From assembly GCA_977017645.1 (NCBI GenBank), contig OZ360239.1:42904001-42968000 (forward strand): a stretch of 64,000 bases of DNA, given 5' to 3'. Under the pieces are notes generated by a model that did no database searches, was not told the origin of the DNA, and saw nothing but the letters and a program-made list of their open reading frames with translations. Of this stretch, positions 35,701-48,105 are shown one piece after another; within the stretch, counting starts at the first letter, position 1; each line of letters begins with the position of its first letter. Source of the stretch: Torpedo marmorata. Taxonomy: Eukaryota. The position numbers and the translations under genes are program-made.

Positions 35701-36436
35701 TGTTGATTTCAGGAAGGGAAAGCCAGAGTTATACAATCCAGTGATCATTGGGGGATCAGAGGTGGAGAGGGTGAGCAAATTTAAGTTCTTGAGAGTCACT
35801 ATCTTGGAGGATCTTTCCTTGGAACCAACACACTAATGGCATCGTGAAGAAAGCACGTCAGCGTCTCTACTTCCTCAGGAGTTTGCGGAGGTTTGGTATG
35901 ACACCAGAAAACCTGACAAATTTCTACGGAGATGTGGTGGAAAGTGTGCCGACCGGCTGCATCACAGTCTGGTGTGGGAACACCAATACCCCTGAGCGTA
36001 AAGCACTCCAAAAGGTAGTGGACTCAGCCCAGGACATCATAGGCAAAACCCTCCCCACTATCAAGAACATCTACAGGGTACGTTGCCATCAGAGATCAGC
36101 AGCAATCATTAAGGATCCACATCACCCAGCACATGCTCTGTTCTCGCTGCTACCATCAGGAAAGAGGTATAGGTGGCACAAGACTCACACCACCAGTTTC
36201 AGGAACAGCTGCTACCCCTCCACCATCAGACTTCTCAACAACAAACTCAATCAGGGATTCATTTAAGGACTCTTACATGTGCACTTTATTGATTTTTTTA
36301 TCGTCTCTGTATTGTACACAGTTTGTTTACATTCATTATCTGTTTACAGTTCTTTATTTGTTTACATGTATATGCTGTGTACAGTTTTTTTTTGCTCTAC
36401 CAATAAGCCTCGCCCACAGGAAAAGAATCTTAGGGT

Positions 36437-39400
36437 TGTGATGTTTCTTCTATTACAATAAAGAAGCTTGGGTTCTTTTTAAACAACTACATTTATTAAC
36501 TAAAGCAAACAGCACTAAGAACAGAACACACACAGATAAGACCTCATGTGGAGGCATCCATCTTGATTCCTACCCAAGATGTAGCAGGTTTCCCAAGATG
36601 CAACACCAACTTGTCTCCAACTCCTCCTAGTGGTAGCACTCTATCACTACATCCCCTTTCCTTGAGATGTTTAATCTAACATGACACACTAATACAATAT
36701 TCATTTCAATTTAAAGTTTAACATAAACATAAACACAAACATCAGCAACACAAACTTTTTAAGTGTGCAGTTCTTTTTCTTTTAGAGATTCAGTCTGTCA
36801 GGTGCTTTGATAACACATGTGGATGTTTTTAACATAGGTGCTTGTGTCAGCTCTGCTGGTCTACTACTGTCCAGCACTGGTGATGTTTCCTCTGTTGCTC
36901 TGCAGGCTGAATCTTCTGCATCCGTCTGTTCCTGCAGTATCCTTGCGTTTTCAGAAGGCTCTTTCGATTCCTCCTCAGTATTTGACCATCCTCTGTTCTG
37001 ACAGTGTAGGATCTTGGATTTACTTCCTCCAGAACAGTAGTTTTTTTGTTCCAAATGTCAGAATCTCTGAGTCTCACTGTGTCATGTTGTGCCAGTGGCC
37101 CTAAGCTTCTCACTGACTTGTCATAGTTTGCTTTTTGTCTCCCTTGCAGATGCTTTTGTTTCTGTTTGACATCTTTGACATCTCTGTTCTTGTTTGGGTC
37201 TGCAAAGTAGGGAAGTGTGGTGCGTAGTCTACGTCCCATCAGAAGCTCAGCGGGTGACATGCCATGTTCAAGGGGCGAAGCTCTGTAATTCAATAGAGCT
37301 AGATACGGTTCTGAGCCACTGACTAGTGCTTTCTTGAGCAACTGTTTAACTATGTGAACCCCTTTCTCTGCTTTACCGTTTGACTGTGGATGCAGAGGAC
37401 TTGAAGTCACATGTCAAAAATCATACTATTCTGCAAAGTTCTGGAATTTTCTACAGCTGTAGCATGGTCCATTGTCACTGTAGACAATTAGAGGAATTCC
37501 ATGTCTTGCAAAGATCGATTTCATATATTTGATCACACAAGCAGCAGACATGTTAGGAAGCAATGCAATCTCCAGATAGTTCGATAGATAATCAATAACC
37601 AGCAAGTAATTCTTTCCATCCATGTGGAACAGATCAGTCCCAACTTTCTGCCATGGTTCTGCTGGTACATCAGTTATTATCATGGGTTCCTTTGTCTGCT
37701 TTGTGTGATGTTTCAAACAGGTCTCACAGCTTGACCATCCTGTCAATGTCAGCGTTAATCCCTGGCCAATAAACAGCAGTTCTGGCCCTCCTTTTGCATT
37801 TTTCCATTCCAAGGTGCCCCTCATGCACCCTTTTCAGCATCTCTTCTCGCAGTGACTGAGGAATGACAATTCTGCACTGTCTGAGTAGAAGCCCATTGAC
37901 AACACTCAGCTCAGCTCTTATGTTGTAGTATGGCTGACATTCACCTCTAGGCCATCATTTATTCAAATTCTTGATGACCTTCTGTAGAACTGTGTCCTTT
38001 TCTGTTTCAGCTGTGATCTGCTTGGATTTCATGTCAGATACGGGAAGAGATTCAGTGATCAGATTCACGTGGAGATTCACATCTGTCTCTGTGGAACTCT
38101 CACTGTGTGCTTCACTCTGCGTTGTTGCCCTGGATAACGTGTCAGCTAACACAATAAGTTTCCCTGGTGTGTACACCAATTCAAAGTCATAACGTTGTAG
38201 CTTCATCATCAGTGTTTGGATTCTCGGTGACATTTCACTGAGAATTTTCTTGATTATCACTATTAATAGCTTGTGGTCTATCTCTGCCATGAATGTTGGT
38301 AGACCATACACATAACTGTGAAATTTCTCGTGTCCATAGACCAGACCTAGACACTCTTTCTCGATCTGTGCATATCGACATTCAGATGTTGTCATCGTCC
38401 TTGATGAATATGCTACTGGCCTCCAATCTTCTCCCACAGCCTGAAGTAGTACGGCACCTATTCCATCTTTTGAAGCGTCCGTAGATATTTTCGTCCTTCT
38501 GGATGCGTCAAAAAATGTCAAAAGTACTGGTTCTGTAGTTAGAATGGTCTTCAGTCTTCCCCATTCTTCCTCATGGTTGTCTGTCCACTTGAATTCACAT
38601 TTGTCCTGTAACAACTTCCTTAGGTACATTGATAAGGAAGACAGGTTTGGTATGAATTTACCAATGAAATTGATCATTCCCAGCAATCTCAATACACATT
38701 TTTTGTCAGTGGGTCTGGGCATCTCTAAAATTGCTTTCACCTTGCTCTTATCTAGCTCCACACCTGCCTCTGACAGTTTATCTCCCAGAAAGGTGATTTC
38801 CTTCATACCAAACTGACATTTTTCTCTGTTTAACTTTAATCCATACTTCTGGATGCATTGTAGCACTTTGGTGAGCCTTTCGTTGTGTTGTTCTTGTGTG
38901 GATCCCCATAGGATCATGTCATCCATGTACACACTTACCCCGTTTATGGTTTCAATGATGTGCTGCATTGTCCTGTGGAACACTTCCAGAGCTGAGGAAA
39001 TTCCAAAAGGCATCCTCAGACAGGAGTATTGGCCAAACGGTGTATTAAATGTACAGTATTTTGTGCTATCTTCATGCAGTTTTATTTGCCAGAAGCCCTG
39101 GGATGCATCCAATTTAGTGAAAAACTTTGCACCGGCCATCTCACTTGTAATTTCATCCCTGGTTGGAATCTGATAATGTTCCCTCTTTATATTGGCATTC
39201 AAGTCTTTTGAGTCCATGCACATGCGTAGGTCACCGTTCTTCTTTTGACACACACCATTAAATTCACCCATTCTGTGGGCTCCTCCACTTTCTTTATGAC
39301 CCCTAGTGACGTCATTCGGTTGAGTTCTTGCTTGAGCTTTTCTTTTAGTGGCGCTGGAACCCGCCTCGGGGCATGCACTACTGGCTGTGCGTCCTCCTTT

Positions 39401-42400
39401 AACTGTATCTTATAGGTGAATGGTAGAACTCCAAACCCCTTGAAGATGTCTGGAAATTGATCCAGTATTTCCTCTACGCTGTTCCATGCATTGTCACTGT
39501 TAATGTGGTACACCCTCTTGACTAGGCTTAAGTTTTCACATGCTTTGTCACCAACAGTGAATAACGTCCATCTGCAACTACTGTGAACCTGAGGTGGTGC
39601 TCTTTATCTTTAACTTTCACCTTGAGTTTACATGTACCTTTCGTGTCAATGCTTGTCCATTGTAGGCTTTGAGCAGTACAGGATTTGCATGGATGTAAGG
39701 CTTTATCTTCATTGCCCTGATGTCGCGCTCACAGATCAAATTGACCATTGCCCCTGTGTCCAGCTTGAAAGGAATATTTGTTCCATTTGTATGCAATGAA
39801 ACCTCTCATTGCGGCAGTCAGAGGTTCCCACCTGCTTCAAAAGGGCATCAATCATCCCGGTACCCAAGAAGAGTAGTGTGAGCTGCCTCAACGACTACCG
39901 CCCAGTAGCACTAGCTTCTACGGTGATGAAATGCTTTGAAAGGCTTGTCATGGCCAGAATTAACACGTACCTAAGCAAAGATCTGGACCCACTGCAATTT
40001 GCCTATCGCCACAACCGCTCCACAGCAGATGCAATATCGCTGGCTCTCCACTCAGCTCTGGATCACCCCGAAAACAACAATTCATACATACGGTTGCTCT
40101 TCATCGACTACAGCTTGGCCTTCAATACCATTATTCCCTCAGTGCTGGTCAAGAAGCTACAAACTCTAGGCCTCTGTACCCCCCTCTGCAACTGGATCCT
40201 TGACTTTCTCATCGGAAGACCACAGGCAGTACGAATTGGAAACAACGTCTCCTCCTCACTGATTATCAACACAGGCGCACCCCAAGGATGCGTGCTTAGT
40301 CCACTGCTCTACTCGTTATACTCTCATGACTGTGTGGCCAGGCACAATTCCAATGCCATATACAAGTTTGCCGATGACACCACAGTTGTCGGCAGAATCA
40401 CAAACGGCAATGAGGAAGCGTACAGGAGGGAGATAGATCAGCTCGATGAATGTTGTAATGACAACAACCTTGAGCTCAACGTCAGCAAAACCAAGGAGAT
40501 GATTGTGGACTTCCGGAGGAAGTCAGGGGAACACAACCCAGTCCTCCTCGAGGGCTCAGTCGTGGAGAGGGTCAAGAACTTCAAATTCCTGGGTGTCAAC
40601 ATCTCCGAGGATCTGTCCTGGAGCATCCACGTGGATGCAATCACAAAGAAGGCTCGTCAGTGGCTATACTTTGTGAGGTGTTTGTGGAGATTCGGTATGT
40701 CACCAAAGACTCTCGTAAACTTCTACAGGTGTACCGTGGAGAGCATTCTGGCTGGTTGCATCACTGCCTGGTATGGTGGCGCCAACTCCCAGGACAAGAG
40801 TAAACTCCAGAAGGTTGTTAACTCGGCCTGTGACATCACAGGCACCAAACTTCACTCCATCGAGGACATCTACATGAGGCGGTGTCTTAAAAAAGCAGCT
40901 TCTATCCTCAAGGACCCCCACCACCCAGGCCATGCCCTCTTCACTCTGCTTCCATCGGGGAAAAGGTACAGGAGCCTAAAGACGAGCACTCAACGGCACA
41001 AGGACAGCTTCTTCCCCGCTGCCATCAGATTCCTGAATAATCAGTGAACCAAAGACACTGCCTTACTTTTCGTGCACTATTGTTTATAATTTTTTATAGT
41101 AATGTAGTTAGAATGGTTAATATGAATGTTAATTGCACTATGATGCTGCCGCAAAACACCGAATTTCATGACTTGTTCATAACAATAAATTCTGATTCTG
41201 ATTCTGATTCTGATTCTGATTCTGATTCTGACACAGTCCAGTTATCCTGCTCGACACTGTTCACTTCCTGCACTACCATGCCCACGAAAAGTGTATCACT
41301 GAGAGCAGTTTCTTCTATAGTGTGTACACTTTTACTTCTGTCTCGTTTCCCTTTGGGAAAACATTGCTTTGCATAGTAATTCTGCCCTTTGCACTTATTA
41401 CAGACTTTCCCATAAGTTTGGCATGGTTTGGGCGCATGTTTAGTGCCACATCATTTACAATTGAATGTCGCTCCATCTTTTTGTTGTTTCCTATATCTCA
41501 TATTTTGTTTATGTGTGTGTCCAGACACTGTGGCTACAACTATTGCCTTCATTTTCACTGGCTTTCGCACTATCACCAAACTTTTTCACGTGCTGCAGAG
41601 CTAATTCACTGGTGTGGCATATCTTCACAGCTCCAGCTAAGATAAGCTCTGTCACTCGCAGAAACCTCTCTCTCACTTTCTTATCATTAATTCCGAACAC
41701 AATTTGATCACGGATCATTGAATCTTGCAGCGGTCCGAAATTCTATGTTCTTGCTTTTAATTTTAAGTCTGTTAAAAAAGTATCAAAGCTCTCTCCCTGC
41801 AGCTGCGTGCGCGAGCGAAACACGTACCTCTCGAAGATTTCATTTTTCTTTGGTGAACAGTGTTCATCAAACATCTCAATAACCTTGTTGAATTTGCTCT
41901 GGTCTTCTGCCTCGGCAAAAACAAATGTGTTGAAAATCTCTAGAGCTTTAGGTCCCACCACGGTAAGTAGCATTGCAATCTTCCGTGTATCCGGTTCGCT
42001 ATCGATTCCAATGGCTTGCAGGTACAGCATAAACCTTTGTTTAAACAACCTCCACACATGTTTGACATTTCCTGTCCATTTTACAGTGTCAGGAGCTTTT
42101 AAACGCTCCATATTTTCTCTGCTGATATCGACTGTTACTCACTATGCACACTCCTGGTGTTTCTTCCACTCCTGTGCACACTACTGGTGTTTCTTCCACT
42201 CCTGGCTGTTTCTTCCACTCCTGGTACCATGTGATGTTTCTTATGTTACAATAAAGGAACTTGGGTTCTTTTTAAACAACTACATTTATTAACTAAAGCA
42301 AACAGCACTAAGAACAGAACACACAAACAGACAAGACCTCAGGTGGAGGCATCCATCTTGATTCCTACCCAAGATGCAGCAGGTTTCCCAAGAGCAACAT

Positions 42401-42445
42401 CAACTCGTCTCTGACTCCTCCTGGTGGTAGCACTCTATCACTACA
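36437..42445 (-). mobile_element. Ty3/Gypsy LTR retrotransposon (Mag/K02A2.6-like), full length but frameshifted
   Basis: LTRs 42230-42445 and 36437-36651 (TG..CA, about 93% identical by eye); TSD agggt/aggat; PBS tggtaccaggagtgg (tRNA-Leu type); PPT aaggaaagggga; gag 41743-42111, PR FKLDTGA near 39760, RT YMDD + RNase H 37955-39271, integrase 36847-37824. Confidence 0.93.
39800..41231 (+). mobile_element. Rex1/Babar family A, 5'-truncated, with open 412-aa RT fragment, inserted just before the Gypsy protease
   Basis: Near-identical to the 3' part of 17103-20379; (tctgat)n tail; host reads DNWTV|SLHTNG when it is removed. Confidence 0.93.
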
Positions 42446-42554
42446 AGGATTGTATGTGATGTCATGTATGTTCTCTGACAATAAATCTGAAATCTGAAAT
42501 CTGAAATCTCAGCAGCTCACCCTGTTTTCTGCGCCCTTTGTTCATTTGCCCAGG

Positions 42555-43065
42555 TAGAAAATTTAGATGGGAAGCAGAGGCGATTTACCACAATGTTGCC
42601 TAGATTAGAGAACAAGTCTTACAAAGAAAGGTTGAGTGAGCCAGGGCTTTTCTCTTTGGAGGGACAGAGGATGTAAAGCGACATGACTGAGATGTATCAG
42701 ATTATGAGAGGCATTGAAAGAGTGGACAGCCAGAACCTAATTCCCAGGGTGCAACAGCCAATACCAGAAGACATCCCTTTAAGGTGAATGGTGGAAAGTT
42801 TAGGGGAGATGTCAGAGTTTTTTTTTTTATGCAGAGAGTGGTAGGTGCCCGGAATGCATTGCTGGGGGTGATAGTGGAGCCTGGTACAACCGGGGCATTT
42901 AAAAGACTCTTAGATATGCACGTGGATGTAATAAAAGTAGAAGGTTATGGATTGTGAAGGAGGGAATGGTTCGATTGATGTGAAACAGGTTTATGAAGGT
43001 CAGCACAACATCTTGGGCTGAAGGGCCCAGACTGTTCTGTGCTGTTCTACATTCTATGTTCTATG
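42555..43065 (+). mobile_element. CR1 LINE 3' fragment (old)
   Basis: Decayed QRRFT.MLP..GLFSLE; (ttctatg)n tail. Confidence 0.8.
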
Positions 43066-43483
43066 ATATGCTGCATTTAAGCCTGCCTCTACAGCCATGT
43101 TTGGGAGCAAAATGGATTACACAGTACATGTAGCTTCGAAGTCAAGACAAAATCATTCTGCACTTGACAAATCATTCTTGCTTAATTTTATAAGCTTCTA
43201 AGATCTCAAGAAAGCACCTAACTCCTGAAGGCTCACATCAACAGTCAATGAGATCAAACAACAACCAACCTGTAATTCCTGCCATGCACACCATTCTATT
43301 GCTGAATGGACTATCAGGGTTGGCTGGAAGGTTGAGCTCCAGTGTGGCAGCACCAACAATAAGACTGATGCCTTGATGTGGCTTCTCGGCACACTTGCAC
43401 AAGGTGGAGTGGCAATGTGCACTAACAGTTTTCCTTTAATTACTGCAATTTCTACTCATGCCACATATACATTGAAACCATAC

Positions 43484-43513
43484 CCGCACGTTTAACTGCA
43501 AAACAATGGCGAG
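43484..43513 (-). pseudogene. Candidate exon, 30 nt, (S)RHCFAVKRA(G) (phase 1-1)
   Basis: Acceptor gttacaaaattcag, donor gtatgg; phases fit both neighbours. Confidence 0.45.
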
Positions 43514-43706
43514 CTGAATTTTGTAACACATTAGGGGAAATGGAGGAAGGGAGATCACTGTGGGAGTGGTCTTCACGGAGGGTGGGGAAATGAAACATCA
43601 GATATCTAATTTTTCATTCTTTTCTCCTTTGTGCCACACTTGATTTATAGGAAACACAAGTGATAGAAAACAAAAACAAAGACATCATAACCATGCTATT
43701 CCTTAC

Positions 43707-43854
43707 ACTTTTACACTGTGCTTTCATTTGAAGACACTGGTGATGCTTCAGTCACTCTGTTCCCATTGACCTGAGTGACATTCTCAGGCCAGGAGCAATG
43801 AAAAATATGATTCACATTCTTCCTTTACAACATTGCACGCAAGGCCACCGTAAA
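43707..43854 (-). pseudogene. Candidate exon, 148 nt, FTVALRAML*RKNVNHIFHCSWPENVTQVNGNRVTEASPVSSNESTV*K (phase 0-1), two TAA
   Basis: Strong poly-T + cag acceptor, donor gtaagg; N-glycosylation sequons NVT and NES. Confidence 0.6.
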
Positions 43855-44410
43855 CTGAAAAAAAAAAAATCTGGAGGTGACACCTTCTGTATTTTAATTT
43901 CTCAGTGTTGCTTAATTCTGTAACATCCCTGCAAGCTAATTACACTATATTTGTTAATGGAACATTACTGTGGCTATGACCTTATCTTTTGCTATACTCC
44001 AAACATCTTTCTCACAAAAAAACAAGGCTTAAATATCTGTATACCCAAACTGTTTATTATTATTATTATTATTCAGATTATATTTGCAGTTGTTTTCTCC
44101 TGAAATAGATTTAATTTTAAGCTTCATAAAAATATTGCCAGGTGCAGTTAGTCAGATATACGAATTAAGTCAATAACCAAGCCTTAAGTGCTTGATACTG
44201 ACAACTGTTATGTAGTCAGAAAGTCATAGACGCATAAAGCACAGAAATTGTCCATGTGGCCCATCATATCCATGCTAACTATCAAGTGCCTGTGAATACT
44301 AAACTCGTTAACTAGCACTTAGTTCACAGCCTTCTATTCCTTGGCAATTCAAGAGCCCATTCATATATGTCTTGAATGTTGTGAGAATCTCCGCCTCTGT
44401 GGTATGTACT

Positions 44411-45198
44411 GGAGGGGAAAACCAGAGGTGTATGATCCAGTGATCATTGGGGGATCAGAGGTGGAGAGGGTGAGCAAATTTATATTCCTGGGAGTCACTA
44501 TTTCGAAGGACCTTTCCTGGACCCAACACACAAATGTCATCGTGAAGAAAGCACGTCACCGCCTCTGCTTTCTCAGGAGTTTGCGGAGGTTTAGTATGAC
44601 ATCAAAAACCTCGGCAAACTTCTACAGATGTGTAGTGGAAAGTGTGCTGACCGGCTGCAGCTCAACCTGGTATGGGGTAACCAATACCTCTGAGCAGAAA
44701 GCCCTGAAAAAGGTAGTGGACACAGCCCAGTACATCACAGGCAAAACTCTCCCCACCATCGAGAAAATCTACATGGAACGTTGCCGTTGGAGAGCAGCAG
44801 CAGCAATCATCAAGGATCCACACCACCCAGGACATGCTCTGTTCTCGCTGCTGCCATCAGGAAAGAGGTATAGGTGCCACAGGACTCACACCACCAGGAT
44901 CAGGGACAGTTGCTATCCCTCCACCATCAGACTCCTAAACAAACTCAATCAGAGACTTATTTAAGGACTCTTACTTTGTACATTATTTATTATTGAATAT
45001 TTATTTTCTGTATTGCACAGTCAGTTTGTTTGCACTTCTTTCTTTGTTTACATTTCTCTCTTTTGTATATGTATCTTTTCTTGAGTAGTTTTATTGCATT
45101 ACCAATAAGTGAACATTCTGCCTGGCCCGCAGGAAAAAGAATCTCAGGGTTGTATGTGATATCATGTATGTACTCTGACAATACATCTGAAATCTGAA
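44411..45198 (+). mobile_element. Rex1/Babar family B 3' fragment
   Basis: ORF 44341-44964 RT C-terminus; (tctgaaa)n tail. Confidence 0.88.
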
Positions 45199-45363
45199 AA
45201 CCTTTGGTTCCCTAATTTAAGCAGGCAGTTCAGAGAAGATTCACTTGAATGATTCCAAGTGTGGAGGGATCATCCTTCAAGGAAAGTTTGAACAGGATGG
45301 GGCTGTACTTATTGGAGTTTAATCTCAACCTGCCTCATTCAGCATGCATTATAAAATAATTAC

Positions 45364-45415
45364 GTTTTCAGTTTTTTCTCTCAATGTAATATATACATTG
45401 CAATGCCAACATGAC
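45364..45415 (-). pseudogene. Candidate exon, 52 nt, (Q)SCWHCNVYITLREKTEN (phase 2-0)
   Basis: Acceptor attattacttaag, donor gtaatt; open. Confidence 0.5.
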
Positions 45416-45498
45416 CTTAAGTAATAATTTATTTCATCATATAAAGAATAATGATTTTCAGTTTGGGTTCCTTGTGGAACTGGGTGTTTTGAACTTAC

Positions 45499-45550
45499 TG
45501 TATATATAGGTTTACCAGGGTCACACGAGAGACAGATTCAACGTAGTTCC
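45499..45550 (-). pseudogene. Candidate exon, about 52 nt, NYVESVSRVTLVNLYI(Q) (ends phase 2)
   Basis: Donor gtaagt; only open frame ends in the phase required by the next exon; acceptor uncertain. Confidence 0.45.
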
Positions 45551-45814
45551 CTGTTACACCCTACTCTGTCCAATTGGTGGGTTTGCATTGGTGGGAATTT
45601 AAAATCTCAAAGTAACAACGACTTTTCTTCTCTTTCGGTTCACCTTTAACTCAGCATTGATCGCAAGGCACTTCACAGCAATGTTGTCAGATAGAACTTG
45701 ATACCAAGCTAAACAAAGATTTAGAGTATATGTCCAAATACTTGATCAAAGAAGTGGATCTTAACAGGCAACTTAGAGCAGGGAAGAGAAGTAGAGGCAA
45801 GAAAGGTTTAGGGA

Positions 45815-46849
45815 TTGCTTATTATCAAGTTAAAGCTTTTTTAACTGAGAAATTAGGTCATGCTTTGATTTTACCAAGACAAAATGAATTAGAATTATTA
45901 GTTACTAATGGAGAAGTTAATAAATTTATTTCTCAAATGTATAAATTGTTTCAGAGGAAAATGCCTAAAATAGGATTGCATAAATCAAGATTAAAATGGG
46001 AATTAGATTTAAATGTAAATATAGATGAAAATCATTGGAAAGATTTATGTAAATTAAGTATGACGAAGATTATCAATGTTAGATATAGATTAGTACAATA
46101 TAATTTCTTTCATCAATTATATTTAACACCTAAAAAATTAAAGAAATTTAATCCGACATTATCAGGATTATGTTTTAGATGCAATAATGAGGAAGGTTCT
46201 TTTGTTCATTCTACATAGTTTTGTCCAAAGATTCAAGATTTTTGGTTGAAAGTTAAAATTTTTTAGATAAAATATTTAATATTATATTTCCAATGGATCC
46301 TATGTTATTTTTATTTGGAGATATTAGAAAATTTAGTATTAAAAAGAAATTAAATATGTTTCAAGTAGAATTTTTACGAATTGCTTTAGCGGTTTCGAAA
46401 AAATGCATTGCTATTACTTGGAAATCTGACTTAGATTTAGGATTAGAAAGATGGCATGCAGAGCTTCGTTCGTGTATACCACTGGAAAAAATTACTTATA
46501 ATTTACGTAATAAATATCATTTCTTTTTGAAAATTTGGAGCCCATATATGAGAGCTGTGGGTTTAGGGATTTGAAGATCTCTAGATATCGGATCTACTGG
46601 CATACTTGACCTCCGTAATAGAATTAGTTTATAGATGATATTCCCCTTATTCTATTTTTTCCTTTCTTTCTTTTTTCTATTTTTATTTTTATTTTTACTT
46701 TATATAACTAGATTAGTGGGGATGGGGGGGTTAGGGAGGGGAGGGAGGAGGGGGGGGGTGAAAATGTATCACATGTATTTTGACAATTTTATATTTTATT
46801 TTATGTATTTTGTGATTTAAAAGTTTAAATAAAATAATAAAAAAAAAAA
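45815..46849 (+). mobile_element. 5'-truncated L1, same family as 55095-60949
   Basis: 16-bp TSD aagaaaggtttaggga (45799-45814, 46850-46865); ORF2 C-terminus with CxxC..H..C; poly(A). Confidence 0.93.
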
Positions 46850-46903
46850 AAGAAAGGTTTAGGGAAGGAAAGGACAGAAGAGGAGCAAATACATTAAATG
46901 ATT

Positions 46904-47177
46904 GGGGTGGCACGGTTGGCGTAGTGGTTAGCGCAACGCCTTTACAGCGCCAGTGATCGGGTCCGGGGTTCGAATCCCGTGCTGTCTGTAAGGAGTTTGT
47001 ACATTCTTCCCGTGTCTGCGTGGGTTTTCCCCTGGGGTTCCGGTTTCCTCCCACCCTTCAAAATGTACCCGAGGTGCAGGTTAGTTGGGTGGAAATTGGG
47101 CGGCATGGACTCGTGGGCCGAAATGGCCTGTTGCCGTGCTGTATGTCTATATTTAAATTTAAAATTAAAAAAATTAA
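46904..47177 (+). mobile_element. tRNA-derived SINE (V-SINE/HE1-like), complete
   Basis: A box tggcgtagtgg, B box ggttcgaatcc, conserved central domain, AT-rich tail. Confidence 0.92.
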
Positions 47178-48105
47178 GATACCTCTGAGATTCATAAGGC
47201 TGGAGAAGTTTGCAGAGGTATGGAAATGTTAGACCTTGATGGCATTGGAATGCATGTTTGAGAATTTTAACTTCAAAACTTTGTTTCACCAAGTGAAGAC
47301 TGAATAGGACTTGTACAAGTTGGGACGAAGGTGGCAGAGTTTAAGATAATCTCATGTTTGTAGATTAAGGAAGCCCTGACTGGGAGAGTATTGGAATGGT
47401 CTTAGAAGATTTCAGATTTATTGACAGAGTACATACATGACATCACATACAACCCTGAGATTCCTTTTTCCTGCGGGCGCGGCAGAATTATCACTAATTA
47501 GTAGTGTAAAAAATAAACTGTACACAGCGTAAACATGTAAACAAATAAAAACTGTAAACAGATAATGAATGTAAACAAACTGACTGTGCAATACAGAGAG
47601 ACCAAAAGAAAATCAATAAAGTGCTCAAGTAAGAGTCCTTAAATGAGTCTCTGATTGAGTTTGTCGTTGAGGAGTCTGATGGTGGAGGGGTAGCAGCTGT
47701 TCCTGAACCTGGTGGTGCGAGTCTTGTGGCACCTATACCTCTTTCCTAATGGCAGCAGTGAGAACAGAGCGTGTGCTGGGTGGTGTGGGTCTTTGATGAT
47801 TCCTCTGCCCTCCGACGGCACCGTTCCTTGAAGATGTACTCAATAGTTGGGAGGGATTTGCCTGTGATGTCCTGGGCTGTGTCCACTACTTTTTGGAGTG
47901 CTTTACGCTCAGGGGTATTCCCGTACCAGACCGTGATGGAGCTGGTCAGCACACTTTCCACCACACCTCTGTAGAAATTTGCCAGGGTTTCTGGTGTCAT
48001 ACCAAACCTCCACAAACTTTTGAGGAAGTAGAGGCACTGACGTGCTTTCTTCATGATGCCATTAGTGTGTTGGGTCCAGGAAAGGCCCTCCGAGATAGTG
48101 ACTCC

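Larger units (their letters stand above)
34740..42508 (+). mobile_element. Rex1/Babar LINE family B, 5'-truncated, 3' UTR split by the Gypsy at 36437-42445
   Basis: RT pieces in ORFs 35025-36266; 3' UTR agggt|tgtatgtgatgtcatg resumes at 42451 and ends in (tctgaaa)n. Confidence 0.88.

Noticed and set aside
46904-46985. tRNA gene (also at 1330-1410 and 4090-4173)
   Set aside because: A/B boxes run straight into a shared SINE body; these are SINE heads.
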